62,560 nucleotides of DNA from an uncultured Candidatus Kuenenia sp. GTDB lineage: Bacteria; Planctomycetota; Planctomycetia; Pirellulales; UBA1268. The notes under the pieces are model-generated. The model was not told where the DNA came from, searched no databases, and saw nothing but the letters and a program-made list of their open reading frames with translations. Below, in pieces: positions 38,027 to 51,116 of the stretch. The stretch is from assembly GCA_964453165.1 (NCBI GenBank), contig CAYVNX010000005.1:1-62560 (forward strand). The letters are read 5' to 3'. Position 1 is the first letter of the stretch. The number at the start of each line of letters is the position of its first letter. Position numbers and translations under genes: made by a program.

Positions 38027-38860
38027 ATGCACGCAGCAACCGGACATGCAGTCGACTGCCGCCGCGGCCCCCGTTTGCAGGATTTCGCAGCGGGCCTGTT
38101 CCGGGTGTTGCTCATCGCCTCGGTTCTCGTGGGAGGCACCTTGCTGGCGATCTCCGTCCAACCGGCGGTCGCCGTGGCCCAAGACGACACGGATCTCTCC
38201 ACTGACGGCGAGGAGGCCGGCACCAACGACAGTTCCCTGCTTGTCTACATCGCCAACGCCTGCGGCTGGGTGTTCGGCCCCGTCTTTCTCCTGCTCTCGT
38301 TCATCCTCGTGGCCCTGCTCGTGATGTGCTTTCTCCAGATCCGTTCGGCGGTGCTGCTCCCCCCTGCCCTCACCGAGCAGTTCGAGAAACACCTCGAGGC
38401 CAAGGAGTACCAACCGGCGTACGAACTCGCCCGGAACGATGACTCCTATCTGGGCCACGTCCTGGCCGCCGGGATGGGCAAGCTCCAGGCGGGCTATCCG
38501 GCCGCGGCTGCGGCGATGGAAGAGGCCCAGGGGGAGGAGCAGATGAAACTGGAGCACAAGATCAGCTACATCTCGCTGATCGGCGCCCTGGCACCGATGC
38601 TCGGCCTGCTCGGCACCGTGACCGGCATGGTGAGCAGCTTCAAGAAGATCGCCGACAATCCAGGGATCGCTCCCAAACCCGACCAGCTCGCCGGCGGTAT
38701 CTCGACGGCGCTCGTCACCACGCTGATCGGTCTCTGGATCGCGATCCCCGCGATCCTCTTCTTCCAGATGTTCCGCAACTGGCTCGAGGAGATCAACGCC
38801 GAGGCGAACGACGAGACCGGCCGGCTGATGGGCCGATTCCAGGGCATGGGCAAGAAGTGA
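38027..38860 (+). CDS. exbB: MotA/TolQ/ExbB-family proton channel
   Basis: LIGALAPMLGLLGTVTGMVSSF...GGISTALVTTLIGLWIAIPAILFF is the family core. gaggagagg RBS. N-terminal signal/anchor-like extension. Confidence 0.85.
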   Translation: MHAATGHAVDCRRGPRLQDFAAGLFRVLLIASVLVGGTLLAISVQPAVAVAQDDTDLSTDGEEAGTNDSSLLVYIANACGWVFGPVFLLLSFILVALLVMCFLQIRSAVLLPPALTEQFEKHLEAKEYQPAYELARNDDSYLGHVLAAGMGKLQAGYPAAAAAMEEAQGEEQMKLEHKISYISLIGALAPMLGLLGTVTGMVSSFKKIADNPGIAPKPDQLAGGISTALVTTLIGLWIAIPAILFFQMFRNWLEEINAEANDETGRLMGRFQGMGKK

Positions 38861-38891
38861 GCGTCAGCCCTTCCGGGTGACGGAGCCGACC

Positions 38892-39329
38892 ATGGCCAGA
38901 CAGCGGCGAACCGCGGCGGCGACCGACATCGACATGACGCCGATGATCGACGTGACGTTTCAGTTGATCACGTTCTTCATGTTCACGCTCAACTTCACCG
39001 AAGCGGAACAGGACCAGCGGATCCAGCTGCCCACCAGCCAGGTAGCCAAGCCGGTGGAAAATTCCGACCTCGAACCGCTCACGCTCCAACTGATGAACGA
39101 CGGACGGGTGATCTACAACGGCGAGCCGGTGCCGCTCGAGTCGTTGGGCGATTACCTGGAGAACGAGAAGTCGGTGATGATCGCCGCAGACAAGGCACCG
39201 GCCGATGCGACCGTCGTGGTGCGGGCTGACGGCCGCTCACGGACCGGCGACGTGCAGCAGATCATCCGCGACTGCCAGGCGAAGGGGTTCGAGAAGTTCG
39301 TGCTCCGGGCCGAATACAAGGGCCCGTGA
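38892..39329 (+). CDS. exbD: ExbD/TolR-family biopolymer transport protein
   Basis: DIDMTPMIDVTFQLITFFM is the TM segment with the conserved Asp. ATG at 38892 after ggag (alternative GTG 38877). Confidence 0.85.
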   Translation: MARQRRTAAATDIDMTPMIDVTFQLITFFMFTLNFTEAEQDQRIQLPTSQVAKPVENSDLEPLTLQLMNDGRVIYNGEPVPLESLGDYLENEKSVMIAADKAPADATVVVRADGRSRTGDVQQIIRDCQAKGFEKFVLRAEYKGP

Positions 39330-39352
39330 TCCCCTCCGGAGGCCGATGACCG

Positions 39353-39946
39353 ATGGCCAAACGTCGCTCCCACCTCGTGAACAAGATCGACATCAACATG
39401 ACGCCGATGATCGACGTCGTGTTTCAGCTGCTCACCTTTTTCATGCTCACGCTCAAGACGGTGGTCGTGGAGGGTGACTTCAACATCAAGATGCCGCTCG
39501 GCGCCGCGGCGGGCGCTGCCGACGACATTCCGCTGCCGCCGCTGCAGGTGCGGATGACGGCCACCCCGGAGGGGCGGCTCGCCGGCGTGCGGCTCGGCGA
39601 GCGGACCATGCTCGGACCGGAATTACTCGAGGCCCTGGCCGGTACCGACGCCGCCATCGAGGCCGCCCTGGCGAACGCCAAGGCCGATCCAGGCGGCCTC
39701 GCGGCCGCCCGGCAGGCCCGGCAGGTGGCGGTCGACGCGCTTGTGGCGACCCTCCAGGCCGGCATCCTCGACACGTTCGGCAACGACCCGGCCAAGGCCG
39801 AGGATGCCGAACTCGAGCTCAACTGCGACCCCGGCCTGAAATACGACTATGTCGTCAGTGCCATCACCGCCGCCTCGGGCATCCTTCAGGGGGACGAAGT
39901 GATCCCGCTGATTCAAAAGATCAAATTCGCCCCAGCCGCCAAATAG
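39353..39946 (+). CDS. exbD: ExbD/TolR-family protein, second copy, with an Ala-rich insertion
   Basis: KIDINMTPMIDVVFQLLTFFM. Periplasmic part is interrupted by the helical EALAGTDAAIEAALANAKADPGGLAAARQARQVAVDALVATLQ. Confidence 0.8.
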   Translation: MAKRRSHLVNKIDINMTPMIDVVFQLLTFFMLTLKTVVVEGDFNIKMPLGAAAGAADDIPLPPLQVRMTATPEGRLAGVRLGERTMLGPELLEALAGTDAAIEAALANAKADPGGLAAARQARQVAVDALVATLQAGILDTFGNDPAKAEDAELELNCDPGLKYDYVVSAITAASGILQGDEVIPLIQKIKFAPAAK

Positions 39947-40055
39947 CACGGGTCGGCTGGCACCCAAGCCGGTGGGATTTGCCCAAGCCAACACGGGTCG
40001 CCTGCAACACGAGCCCGTGGATTCAGGCTGAGCCAACGCGGGATTGCGCTGCCGC

Positions 40056-41027
40056 TCATCGGCGAGGATGAAACCGCTCATGGACGGCCTTGAGGCGGCC
40101 GGCGTCGACGTGGGTGTACCGCTGGGTGGTGGCGATGCTGGCGTGGCCGAGCATCTCCTGGACGTGCCTGAGGTCGACGCCGCCGGCGACGAGATGCGTT
40201 GCAAAAGAATGCCGCAGGGTGTGCGGCCCGATACCGGGCGGGATGCCGGCGGCGGTGGCGTGCTCCTGCACGATCTCCCAGATCCGCATCCGCGACAGGC
40301 GGTTGCCGCGGGCCGAGAGCACGGCCCAGGCGGTCTGGCCGCCCGCGCGGGCCGCAAACCGTCCCCGAACCTCGTCGAACCAACGGCTGAGGGCCGCCAC
40401 GGCCCGGCGGCCGAGCGGCACCACCCGCTCCTTGTTGCCCTTGCCCCGGCAGGTGCAGAACTTCTCCTGGAGATGCACGTCGGCCAGCCGCATTCCCGAC
40501 ACCTCGGAGGCCCGGCAGCCGGTGGCGTAGAGCAGTTCCAGCACGGCCCGATCGCGGAGGCCCGTCAGCGTGCGAGCGTCGGGCGCTTCGAGCAGCCGAT
40601 CGACCTGACCGGGAGAAAGCGTGCCGGGGATCACGTCGTCGGGCCGTCCCGGGGCGAGCAACTCCGCCTGGCTTTCGGTCACCACGCCCTCGAGCTGGAG
40701 AAACGCGTAGAAGGTTCGCAGGGTGGCCGCCTGCCGGGCGATGCTGGCCCGGGCAAGTCCCCGCGTGGCGAGCCAGGCCAGATAGTCGCCCAGATCCCGT
40801 ACCGTCAGCGTGGCGGCGGGCCGGCCGGCGAGCCACTCGGCGAAATCCCTGAGATCGCGGCGGTAGGCGGCCTGGGTGTTGGCCGAGAGTCCCCGCTCGT
40901 GCCGGATGTGGTCGAGAAACCGATCGACGAGCAGCGGGGTCGCCGTCGGAGCGGCTTCCAGCGGGCCAGCGTCGACGATGATCCGCCGGGTTCGCGGCCT
41001 CTTCGGCGGGTCGCCAGGATCGGGCAT
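40056..41027 (-). CDS. XerC/XerD-family tyrosine site-specific recombinase
   Basis: LLYATGCRASE, HTLRHSFATHLVAGGVDLRHVQEMLGHASIATTQRYTHV (R..HxxR..Y). ATG at 41027. Confidence 0.85.
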   Translation of the reverse strand: MPDPGDPPKRPRTRRIIVDAGPLEAAPTATPLLVDRFLDHIRHERGLSANTQAAYRRDLRDFAEWLAGRPAATLTVRDLGDYLAWLATRGLARASIARQAATLRTFYAFLQLEGVVTESQAELLAPGRPDDVIPGTLSPGQVDRLLEAPDARTLTGLRDRAVLELLYATGCRASEVSGMRLADVHLQEKFCTCRGKGNKERVVPLGRRAVAALSRWFDEVRGRFAARAGGQTAWAVLSARGNRLSRMRIWEIVQEHATAAGIPPGIGPHTLRHSFATHLVAGGVDLRHVQEMLGHASIATTQRYTHVDAGRLKAVHERFHPRR

Positions 41028-41086
41028 GGTCGTTTCCCGCAGGATGGCACGTGGCCGCGAGCCGTGATCAAGCCGTCGCGGCCGAC

Positions 41087-44782
<3,696 letters not shown>

Positions 44783-45022
44783 CAACGCTCCTGTCAACGG
44801 ATCGGGCGACGAAGGGCCGTGAACGTCCAGGGCCACACGAACGCGGTCACTGGAATCCCAGGCATCATAGGCGACCCTGCGGGACGGGCATACTCTGCCG
44901 CCTGGAGGACGAGGTTGGCCGCCACCCTGCCCCTCAGTCAGACCTCGCACCCTGCGGGCACACGCGTTCAAGCGGCCCTTGGCCGCACGACGATGGGAAC
45001 GGGGTACAGGGGGGCGGACGCG

Positions 45023-45379
45023 ATGCGGCTGTTGGCGACTATTCCAGATCTGGGGCCGGTGCTCATGGCACCGTCGGTGTTCCCGGTCAGCCCCGCGCCA
45101 GCCGAGCACGCCGCGGCCCTGCCAACGCCAGTCGACCTTTCCGATTCTGCCGGTGAGGCTCACGCTGCCGTCGGATCGTCGCCCCTCCTCCCCCGCACGA
45201 TTCGCGTCACACCCAAGGCGGCGTTCCCCTGGGCGTCCGTCGCCGCCCTCGTTGCGTGCGCATTCACGGTCTGGTCGCTTGCGACCTGGAACGACGCCCA
45301 GCGGCTGGCGCGGCAGCAGGCCGAGGAGCGGTTGGCCGACCGGGCCCTCACGGCCGGCGCGGAGGCCGTGCTGCGATGA
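45023..45379 (+). CDS. Small single-pass membrane protein (118 aa, or 128 aa from ATG 44993)
   Basis: [26 protein letters not shown] followed by the helical [18 protein letters not shown]. Its stop overlaps the next ATG (ATGA at 45376-45379). Confidence 0.45.
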   Translation: MRLLATIPDLGPVLMAPSVFPVSPAPAEHAAALPTPVDLSDSAGEAHAAVGSSPLLPRTIRVTPKAAFPWASVAALVACAFTVWSLATWNDAQRLARQQAEERLADRALTAGAEAVLR

Positions 45380-46011
45380 CGCTCGACCCACTCGACCAGG
45401 CCTTTGTGGATCGCTGGCGATCCCAGGCCGAGCCCAAGCCGCCGCGCGAGCCTGAGCCAGTGCCGGTGCCGGCTCCTCAGTCACGGGCCGCCGATGCCCA
45501 CCCGCCGGACTCCGCACCGATCCTCGATCCGCTCGCCCTCCGTCTCCTGGAGACGGCTCCGGCCCAGTGGCAGGCGCTCGCTGACGAGATCGAAGCAGCC
45601 CGGCTGGCTGGACATCGGGTGATCGCGATCACCGGCGGCGAGTCGGGCGAGGGCCGCACCACACTCGTCACCTGCCTGGCGACGGTCCTCCGGAACCGCG
45701 GCCGCGACGTGACGGTCTGCGATGCGACCGATCTCGCGAGTTGCGCGGACGGCGTTCTCGGCGGCGGCCAACTCCACGACAAACGGATCGTGTTGGTCGA
45801 TGCCGGAGTCTGGTTTCCGCCGGGGCCGGTTCGCCGGAGTCGCTTGGTCGTGGCCAGCCTCGGCTGCGACGCAGCGATCCTCGTGCGGCGAGCCGACCGC
45901 GAGGCCGCGCCGGCCTGGGCGACGGCTCTGGCGGCGGTCGGCGTGGAACCCTTGGGCGAAGTGGTGACGTTCGCTCCGAACCGGCCGCCGCATGAGGAGG
46001 CCGCAGCATGA
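45376..46011 (+). CDS. ParA/MinD/BY-kinase-like P-loop protein with an atypical Walker A (GEGRTT)
   Basis: [36 protein letters not shown] and KRIVLVDAG (Walker A'-like). Arg replaces the Walker A Lys. Overlaps both neighbours by 4 nt. Confidence 0.55.
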   Translation: MTLDPLDQAFVDRWRSQAEPKPPREPEPVPVPAPQSRAADAHPPDSAPILDPLALRLLETAPAQWQALADEIEAARLAGHRVIAITGGESGEGRTTLVTCLATVLRNRGRDVTVCDATDLASCADGVLGGGQLHDKRIVLVDAGVWFPPGPVRRSRLVVASLGCDAAILVRRADREAAPAWATALAAVGVEPLGEVVTFAPNRPPHEEAAA

Positions 46012-46640
46012 TGTCGGCTCGTCTCCCCCGCCTGACCGAACCGCAGTTCGCAGCCCTCGCCAAGGTGGCCTGTGGCTCGGAAGCCGGTGGCGGCATCACG
46101 CTCCTGGTGGGCCCGGCCGGTGTGGGGAAGTCGACCGTCATCGATGCCCTGATCGAGGATCGCCCGGCGATGGCCGCCGTCAGGCCGCTCGAGGCCTGGC
46201 TCGATGCAAACCCCCACGAACTGCCGACGACGCTGATCGTGGACGACGCCCATCTCGCGAGCGAAACCTGCCTGGCCAACCTGCTCGTGCGGGTGCGGAC
46301 GCGACGGCCCGAGGCGGCGCTCGTGCTGGCCGGTCAGGGCCGGCTGTTCACGCTCGTGGCCCGTGACACCCGCCTCCAGCAGGCCGTCCGGATTCGGGCG
46401 ACGCTCCTTCCCGGATCCCAGTCCGACACCCGGGGCCTGGCCGAGGCCAGCCTGCCGCCCCATGCGACCCTCGGCCCAGATGCCGTGGCGGCGATTCACG
46501 AGATCTCCGGCGGAGTACCGGCGGCCATCGTGCGGCTCGCGGAACTCGCGGCCGTGATCGCGACCGCCCGACCGGATGGCCATGTCACGGCCAACGACGT
46601 GGAAGCAATCCACGGCCGACTCTCACCGCTGGCAGCCTGA
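46008..46640 (+). CDS. Short ExeA/GspA-like AAA ATPase
   Basis: Walker A LLVGPAGVGKST and Walker B TLIVDDAH. Also LVLAGQGRL and ISGGVPAAIVRLAE, resembling the ExeA-family pattern. Confidence 0.6.
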   Translation: MMSARLPRLTEPQFAALAKVACGSEAGGGITLLVGPAGVGKSTVIDALIEDRPAMAAVRPLEAWLDANPHELPTTLIVDDAHLASETCLANLLVRVRTRRPEAALVLAGQGRLFTLVARDTRLQQAVRIRATLLPGSQSDTRGLAEASLPPHATLGPDAVAAIHEISGGVPAAIVRLAELAAVIATARPDGHVTANDVEAIHGRLSPLAA

Positions 46641-47795
46641 CGCAAACTGCCGGTCGACCGCGAAGGCCGCCAACGGTAACGGCGGATCCCGGCCTTCGAT
46701 CAGGTCGGCCAGAATCAGGGCGGTGCCGGTCGATTGATGGATGCCGGCGCGATAGTGACCGGTGGCCACGAAGGCGTTCCGCATGCCGGGCACGGGGCCC
46801 AGCGTGGGCAGTCCGTCGGGCGAGCCGGGCCTGAGGCCTGCCCAGGTCTCTTCCACCTCGGCCGAGGCAAGATCGCCGAGCAGGTCCGCGGCCATGCCGA
46901 GCAGTCCGTCGATCGCAACCGGCGTCGTCGTCGCGTCGAAGCCGGCATCTTCGAGCGTCGATCCCACGAGCACATGCCCGTCTTCCCGCGGCACGAGGTA
47001 GTCGAGTCCCCGATTGACCACGCGGCCTAGCCATTGCCGGGGAAATCGGAGCAGCGCGATCTGGCCGCGGATCGGACGGGTGTCGAGCGAAAAACCCAAC
47101 TGCTCTGCCAGTCCGCCCGACCAGGCGCCCGCGGCCAGCACCGTGCACCCAGGCCGGATGACCTCGGCACCGCGGGGCGTCGCGAGTCTCAACCCGCGTA
47201 CGGCGTCGTCGGTCAACTCGACTTCCGTGACGGCCGTGGCCTCGCGGATCTCCACGCCGCGAATCCGGCACGATCGTTCGAGCGCGGCGAGATGCCGAGA
47301 GGGTCGAATCCGCGCCTCGGTCGGCAGGAGCATGCCACCCGCCAGGCGACCGGCCGCCACGGCCGCAGTGAGCGCGGGTTCGGCCTTGGCGACCGCCGGC
47401 CCGTCGAGCCACTCCGCCGCCACGGCCCGCGACCGCCAGGCTTCCACCTCGGCCTGAAGCGTCGCCAGCGGCTGCCCGGGCCGAGCGACGTACATTCCAC
47501 CGCAGCGAACGAGTCCGTTGTCGATGCCCGTTTCCGCCGCGAGTTCCCGGCACCATTTCCAGTGCAGCCGGTCGCTGAGGGCCGTGAGGGCGGCGTTCGG
47601 CTCATCGGCCGCCTCGGCCGGCTCGGGCGCCGGCGGAAAGATGCCCGACGCAGCCCACGACGCCGTGCTCCGCCGGCGATCGCGGCTGATCACTGTCACC
47701 CGCCGACCCCGGCCGGCGAGTTCTCGGGCGATCGACAGGCCGATGATGCCTCCGCCGATGATGCAGCAGTCGGTGCTCACGAGCGTCGCGGGCAA
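46623..47795 (-). CDS. thiO: FAD-dependent glycine oxidase-like oxidoreductase (ThiO/DAO family)
   Basis: DCCIIGGGIIGLSIARELAGRGRRVTVI (GxGxxG) and a C-terminal GHYRAGIHQSTGTALILADLIEG. The symbol is tentative. Confidence 0.55.
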   Translation of the reverse strand: MPATLVSTDCCIIGGGIIGLSIARELAGRGRRVTVISRDRRRSTASWAASGIFPPAPEPAEAADEPNAALTALSDRLHWKWCRELAAETGIDNGLVRCGGMYVARPGQPLATLQAEVEAWRSRAVAAEWLDGPAVAKAEPALTAAVAAGRLAGGMLLPTEARIRPSRHLAALERSCRIRGVEIREATAVTEVELTDDAVRGLRLATPRGAEVIRPGCTVLAAGAWSGGLAEQLGFSLDTRPIRGQIALLRFPRQWLGRVVNRGLDYLVPREDGHVLVGSTLEDAGFDATTTPVAIDGLLGMAADLLGDLASAEVEETWAGLRPGSPDGLPTLGPVPGMRNAFVATGHYRAGIHQSTGTALILADLIEGRDPPLPLAAFAVDRQFASGCQR

Positions 47796-47799
47796 TCTC

Positions 47800-48804
47800 T
47801 CAGGAGTTGAGCGGCAGGTCGGGCGAGTCGGCCACGTTCACCCAGACATGCACATGCGGAGCGCCGCGGAAGTGCCAGACGAACGACGGGCCTTCCAGCC
47901 GCCAGTTGTCCCAGACCTGGTCGCCTCCGATGTCTCCGGTGGAATAGAAGGCCAGCCGGCAGTCATCGAGCCCGCCCTGCCGGGCGAGGCAGCCGCGAAC
48001 CTCCTCGCGGTCGGTCGTGCGGTAGGGTTCAAGCAGGATCGCCAGCACCTGCTCGAGCTCCTCCCGCTGGTCGGGCGAGAGTTCCGAAACCGGAATGCCG
48101 GGAATCGGCTCCCGCCGGCCGCGGAAGCCGATGGCGTTTTCCGCCGGCAGCCGGGCCAGGAGCGCCTCCCCCCGTTGCCGGCCGTCAAGCATCTCGAACA
48201 CGCGGTTGGCGGCCAGGGCCTGCGGCCAGAAGACGTTGCCCGGATGATCCTTTTCCTCGTCGCCACCGCCGGCGTCGTGGCCATAGAAGATCGGCCCGCC
48301 GAAGGCGACGTGGTCGGCCGAGTCGCCGTCGCAGCGGAGCGTCATGTGGCGGCCGGTCATGAGAAACTGAAACGTCCCGCTGCCCGGCTCGCCGATCAGG
48401 GCCACCGAATGGCCGTGGCCGAAGCCGCCGCAGTCGTCCTCCATCTGCCGCGCAAACCGGGCATGCCACTCGGGCTCGATCAGCCGATCGAAGATCGCCC
48501 GCACGAGTTCCTGCTGGTCGGCAGTGTAGAAGTCGCTGGCCACCTCGGGCTCGGTGGCATTCCAGTTGGCCCCCACCCTGGTTCGCAGCAGACCGAACTT
48601 CGGGTGAGCGTAGTCCCACGGAAAGCAGATCGCCTCCCGCTGGGCCGGCGTGAGCGAGGCATGGAGCATGCCCGCAAGCGACTCGGGCGTCGAAGCGGGC
48701 GGAATGCTCACGGCGGCGAGCCCCCGCGAAGCCACGAGCCCCAGGCCACCGGCCACTCCGGCGAGCACCTGCCGGCGGGAGAGCGATCCGTGAAGGGGCA
48801 GCAT
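47800..48804 (-). CDS. DUF3500-like protein with a Tat-type signal
   Basis: SRRQVLAGVAGGLGLVA twin-Arg-like signal. ...FVWHFRGAPHVHVWVNV near the C-terminus. Family call is from memory. Confidence 0.5.
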   Translation of the reverse strand: MLPLHGSLSRRQVLAGVAGGLGLVASRGLAAVSIPPASTPESLAGMLHASLTPAQREAICFPWDYAHPKFGLLRTRVGANWNATEPEVASDFYTADQQELVRAIFDRLIEPEWHARFARQMEDDCGGFGHGHSVALIGEPGSGTFQFLMTGRHMTLRCDGDSADHVAFGGPIFYGHDAGGGDEEKDHPGNVFWPQALAANRVFEMLDGRQRGEALLARLPAENAIGFRGRREPIPGIPVSELSPDQREELEQVLAILLEPYRTTDREEVRGCLARQGGLDDCRLAFYSTGDIGGDQVWDNWRLEGPSFVWHFRGAPHVHVWVNVADSPDLPLNS

Positions 48805-48902
48805 ACGAAGGTCTCCTCGGGGCAACTCGAAGCCGGCAATCGGCCGAATCCGCAACTCAAGAATACGCCGCAGCGGTGAACCACACCACCGGCAGGGCCG
48901 GC

Positions 48903-49772
48903 TCACCGGCGGCGTTGGCACTGGCGGCAGAAGAAGGTCGCCCGCTGAGCCAGCACGATCCGCTCGATCACCGCGCCGCACGTGCGGCAGGGCTCACCCG
49001 CGCGGCCGTAGACCCTGTGCAGCGTCTGGGCGCGGCCCGGCCGGGAGTCGGCCGTGCGGTAGGTCTCGTCGCCGATGCTCGACCCCTCGAGCTGAACAGC
49101 CTCGGCGAGCACCCCGCGGGCCTCGGCGGCCACCCGCTCCCATGACTCCCGCCCCAGCCGCCGACAGGGCAGGCGGGGATCGATCCCTGATCGAAATAGA
49201 ATCTCGCAGGCATAGATGTTGCCGATGCCCGCCACGGCTCGCTGATCCAGGAGAGCGGCCTTCACGGCCCGCTGCGAGCGGCCGAGCCGACTGGCCAGGT
49301 CGTCGCCCGTGATGCCGAGCCCGTCGGGTCCGAGTTTGGCGACGCCGCAGGCGGCCTCGAGGCCGCGATCGTCGAGCAGCCGAATCGTGCCCAGGCCGCG
49401 GCGATCCCAGAACAGAAACCGCCCCGGGTGGGCCGAACCCGCCAGGTCCACGACCAGCCGCACATGTTCGGCCGACGGCGGCTCGACGACGAGCATCAGC
49501 CCGGTCATCCGCGGCTCGATCACGAGCCAGTGGCGGCGATCGGAGCCCTGTGCCGTCGACCCCGCGGCGGCAAGTTCGATCACCACCCGCTTGCCCCGCC
49601 GGCCAACTGCCAGGATCTCGGCCCCGGCCAACCGCCGTGCGACCACGGGCCGGTTTGGCTCGACGAGCAGCGGCCGCACCCGCCCCCGCGGAAACTCCGC
49701 CTGCTCGATCCGCCGGCCGACGATTCCCGCCAGACCGCGGCACATCGTCTCGACTTCAGGCAGCTCCGGCAT
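48903..49772 (-). CDS. mutM: Formamidopyrimidine-DNA glycosylase
   Basis: [10 protein letters not shown]-terminus and a C-terminal zinc finger [25 protein letters not shown]. The track ORF 48903..51311 is a long false extension. Confidence 0.9.
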   Translation of the reverse strand: MPELPEVETMCRGLAGIVGRRIEQAEFPRGRVRPLLVEPNRPVVARRLAGAEILAVGRRGKRVVIELAAAGSTAQGSDRRHWLVIEPRMTGLMLVVEPPSAEHVRLVVDLAGSAHPGRFLFWDRRGLGTIRLLDDRGLEAACGVAKLGPDGLGITGDDLASRLGRSQRAVKAALLDQRAVAGIGNIYACEILFRSGIDPRLPCRRLGRESWERVAAEARGVLAEAVQLEGSSIGDETYRTADSRPGRAQTLHRVYGRAGEPCRTCGAVIERIVLAQRATFFCRQCQRRR

Positions 49773-49889
49773 GGCCGGAATCGTACTCCAACTGGCTCCG
49801 CCGGCACCTCCCCCGGCGTCACCCGAGCAGGTGGCTACACTGAAGGCGAGCCCGTCGGCTCGTGTTCCGCTCCTCCCACCGAGCAACCT

Positions 49890-51116
49890 ATGGCTACCGC
49901 ATCCCCTGCCGTCTCTCAGGTTCCCGACGCCCTCGGCCGGTTCGGCCGGTTCGGGGGCCGCTATGTGCCCGAGACGCTTTCCGCGGCCCTCGACCAGCTC
50001 GAGCGAGAGTATGACGCGGCGATGGCCGACCCGGCATTCGCCGCCGAACTCGACGGCCTGCTCTCCACGTTCGTAGGCCGGCCCAACCCCCTCTACTTCG
50101 CCGAGCAGCTCACGAAGCATGCCGGTGGGGCGCAGATCTGGTTCAAGCGTGAGGATCTGGACCACACCGGTGCCCACAAGATCAACAACACGCTCGGCCA
50201 AGGGTTGCTCGCGATCCGGATGGGCAAGCGGCGGATCATCGCCGAGACCGGCGCCGGCCAACACGGCGTGGCCACCGCCACAGCCTGTGCCCGGTTCGGC
50301 CTGGAGTGCGTCGTCTACATGGGGGCCGAAGACGTTCGCCGCCAGGCGCCCAACGTGCGGGCGATGCGGCTGATGGGGGCGGAGGTGCGGCCGGTCGAGA
50401 GCGGCTCCCGTACACTCCGCGACGCGATCAACGAGGCGATGCGCGACTGGATGGCCTCGGTCGAGACCACCCACTACATCATCGGCTCGGTCGTGGGGCC
50501 CCATCCCTTCCCGCGGATCGTCCGCGACTTCCAGTCGGTGATCGGCCGCGAGACGATCGAGCAGTGCCGCGAGAAGCTCGGCCGGCTGCCCGACACCGTG
50601 GTGGCCTGCGTCGGCGGCGGTAGCAACGCCGCCGGCATGTTCTATCCATTCGTCGATCACGGCGAGGTGCGGCTGGTGGGCATCGAAGCCGGAGGGCGGT
50701 CGGCCGATCCCGGCCACCACGCAGCGAGCCTCTCCTTCGGCTCGCCCGGCATCCTCCACGGCAGCCTGAGCTACGTGCTCCAAGACGCCGACGGCCAAAC
50801 CGCCGACGTGCATTCGGTCTCGGCCGGCCTCGACTATCCCGGCGTCGGTCCCGAGCATTCGTATTGGCGGGACCTGGGCCGGGTCGAATATTCGAGCGTC
50901 ACCGATGCCGAGGCCCTCGACGCCTTCGACCTCGTGGCCCGCCGCGAGGGGATCCTGCCGGCCCTGGAAACATCCCATGCTCTGGCGTGGGCGGCCCGCG
51001 AAGCGGCCCGCCGGTCGGCCGACGAGATCATCGTGGTCTGCCTCTCCGGCCGGGGCGACAAAGACGCCGCTGAAATCGCCCGGCTCCGCGGGCTCTCCGA
51101 GGATGGTTCCCGATGA
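49890..51116 (+). CDS. trpB: Tryptophan synthase beta chain
   Basis: [15 protein letters not shown]...[14 protein letters not shown]...[11 protein letters not shown] at 49890. Confidence 0.93.
   Translation: MATASPAVSQVPDALGRFGRFGGRYVPETLSAALDQLEREYDAAMADPAFAAELDGLLSTFVGRPNPLYFAEQLTKHAGGAQIWFKREDLDHTGAHKINNTLGQGLLAIRMGKRRIIAETGAGQHGVATATACARFGLECVVYMGAEDVRRQAPNVRAMRLMGAEVRPVESGSRTLRDAINEAMRDWMASVETTHYIIGSVVGPHPFPRIVRDFQSVIGRETIEQCREKLGRLPDTVVACVGGGSNAAGMFYPFVDHGEVRLVGIEAGGRSADPGHHAASLSFGSPGILHGSLSYVLQDADGQTADVHSVSAGLDYPGVGPEHSYWRDLGRVEYSSVTDAEALDAFDLVARREGILPALETSHALAWAAREAARRSADEIIVVCLSGRGDKDAAEIARLRGLSEDGSR

Noticed and set aside
40056-41027. The tyrosine recombinase as a marker of an integrated mobile element.
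   Set aside because: Its sequence and length fit housekeeping XerC/XerD. It is flanked by exbD and metH, with no phage, transposase, tRNA or direct-repeat boundaries visible. The short repeated cacgggtcg words at 39949 and 39992 are too weak to call att sites.
44783-44992. A cobalamin, SAH or SAM riboswitch in the metH leader.
   Set aside because: I could not find the B12-box, the SAH-riboswitch conserved strands or the SAM-II features by eye. It is kept only as a low-interest item to scan.
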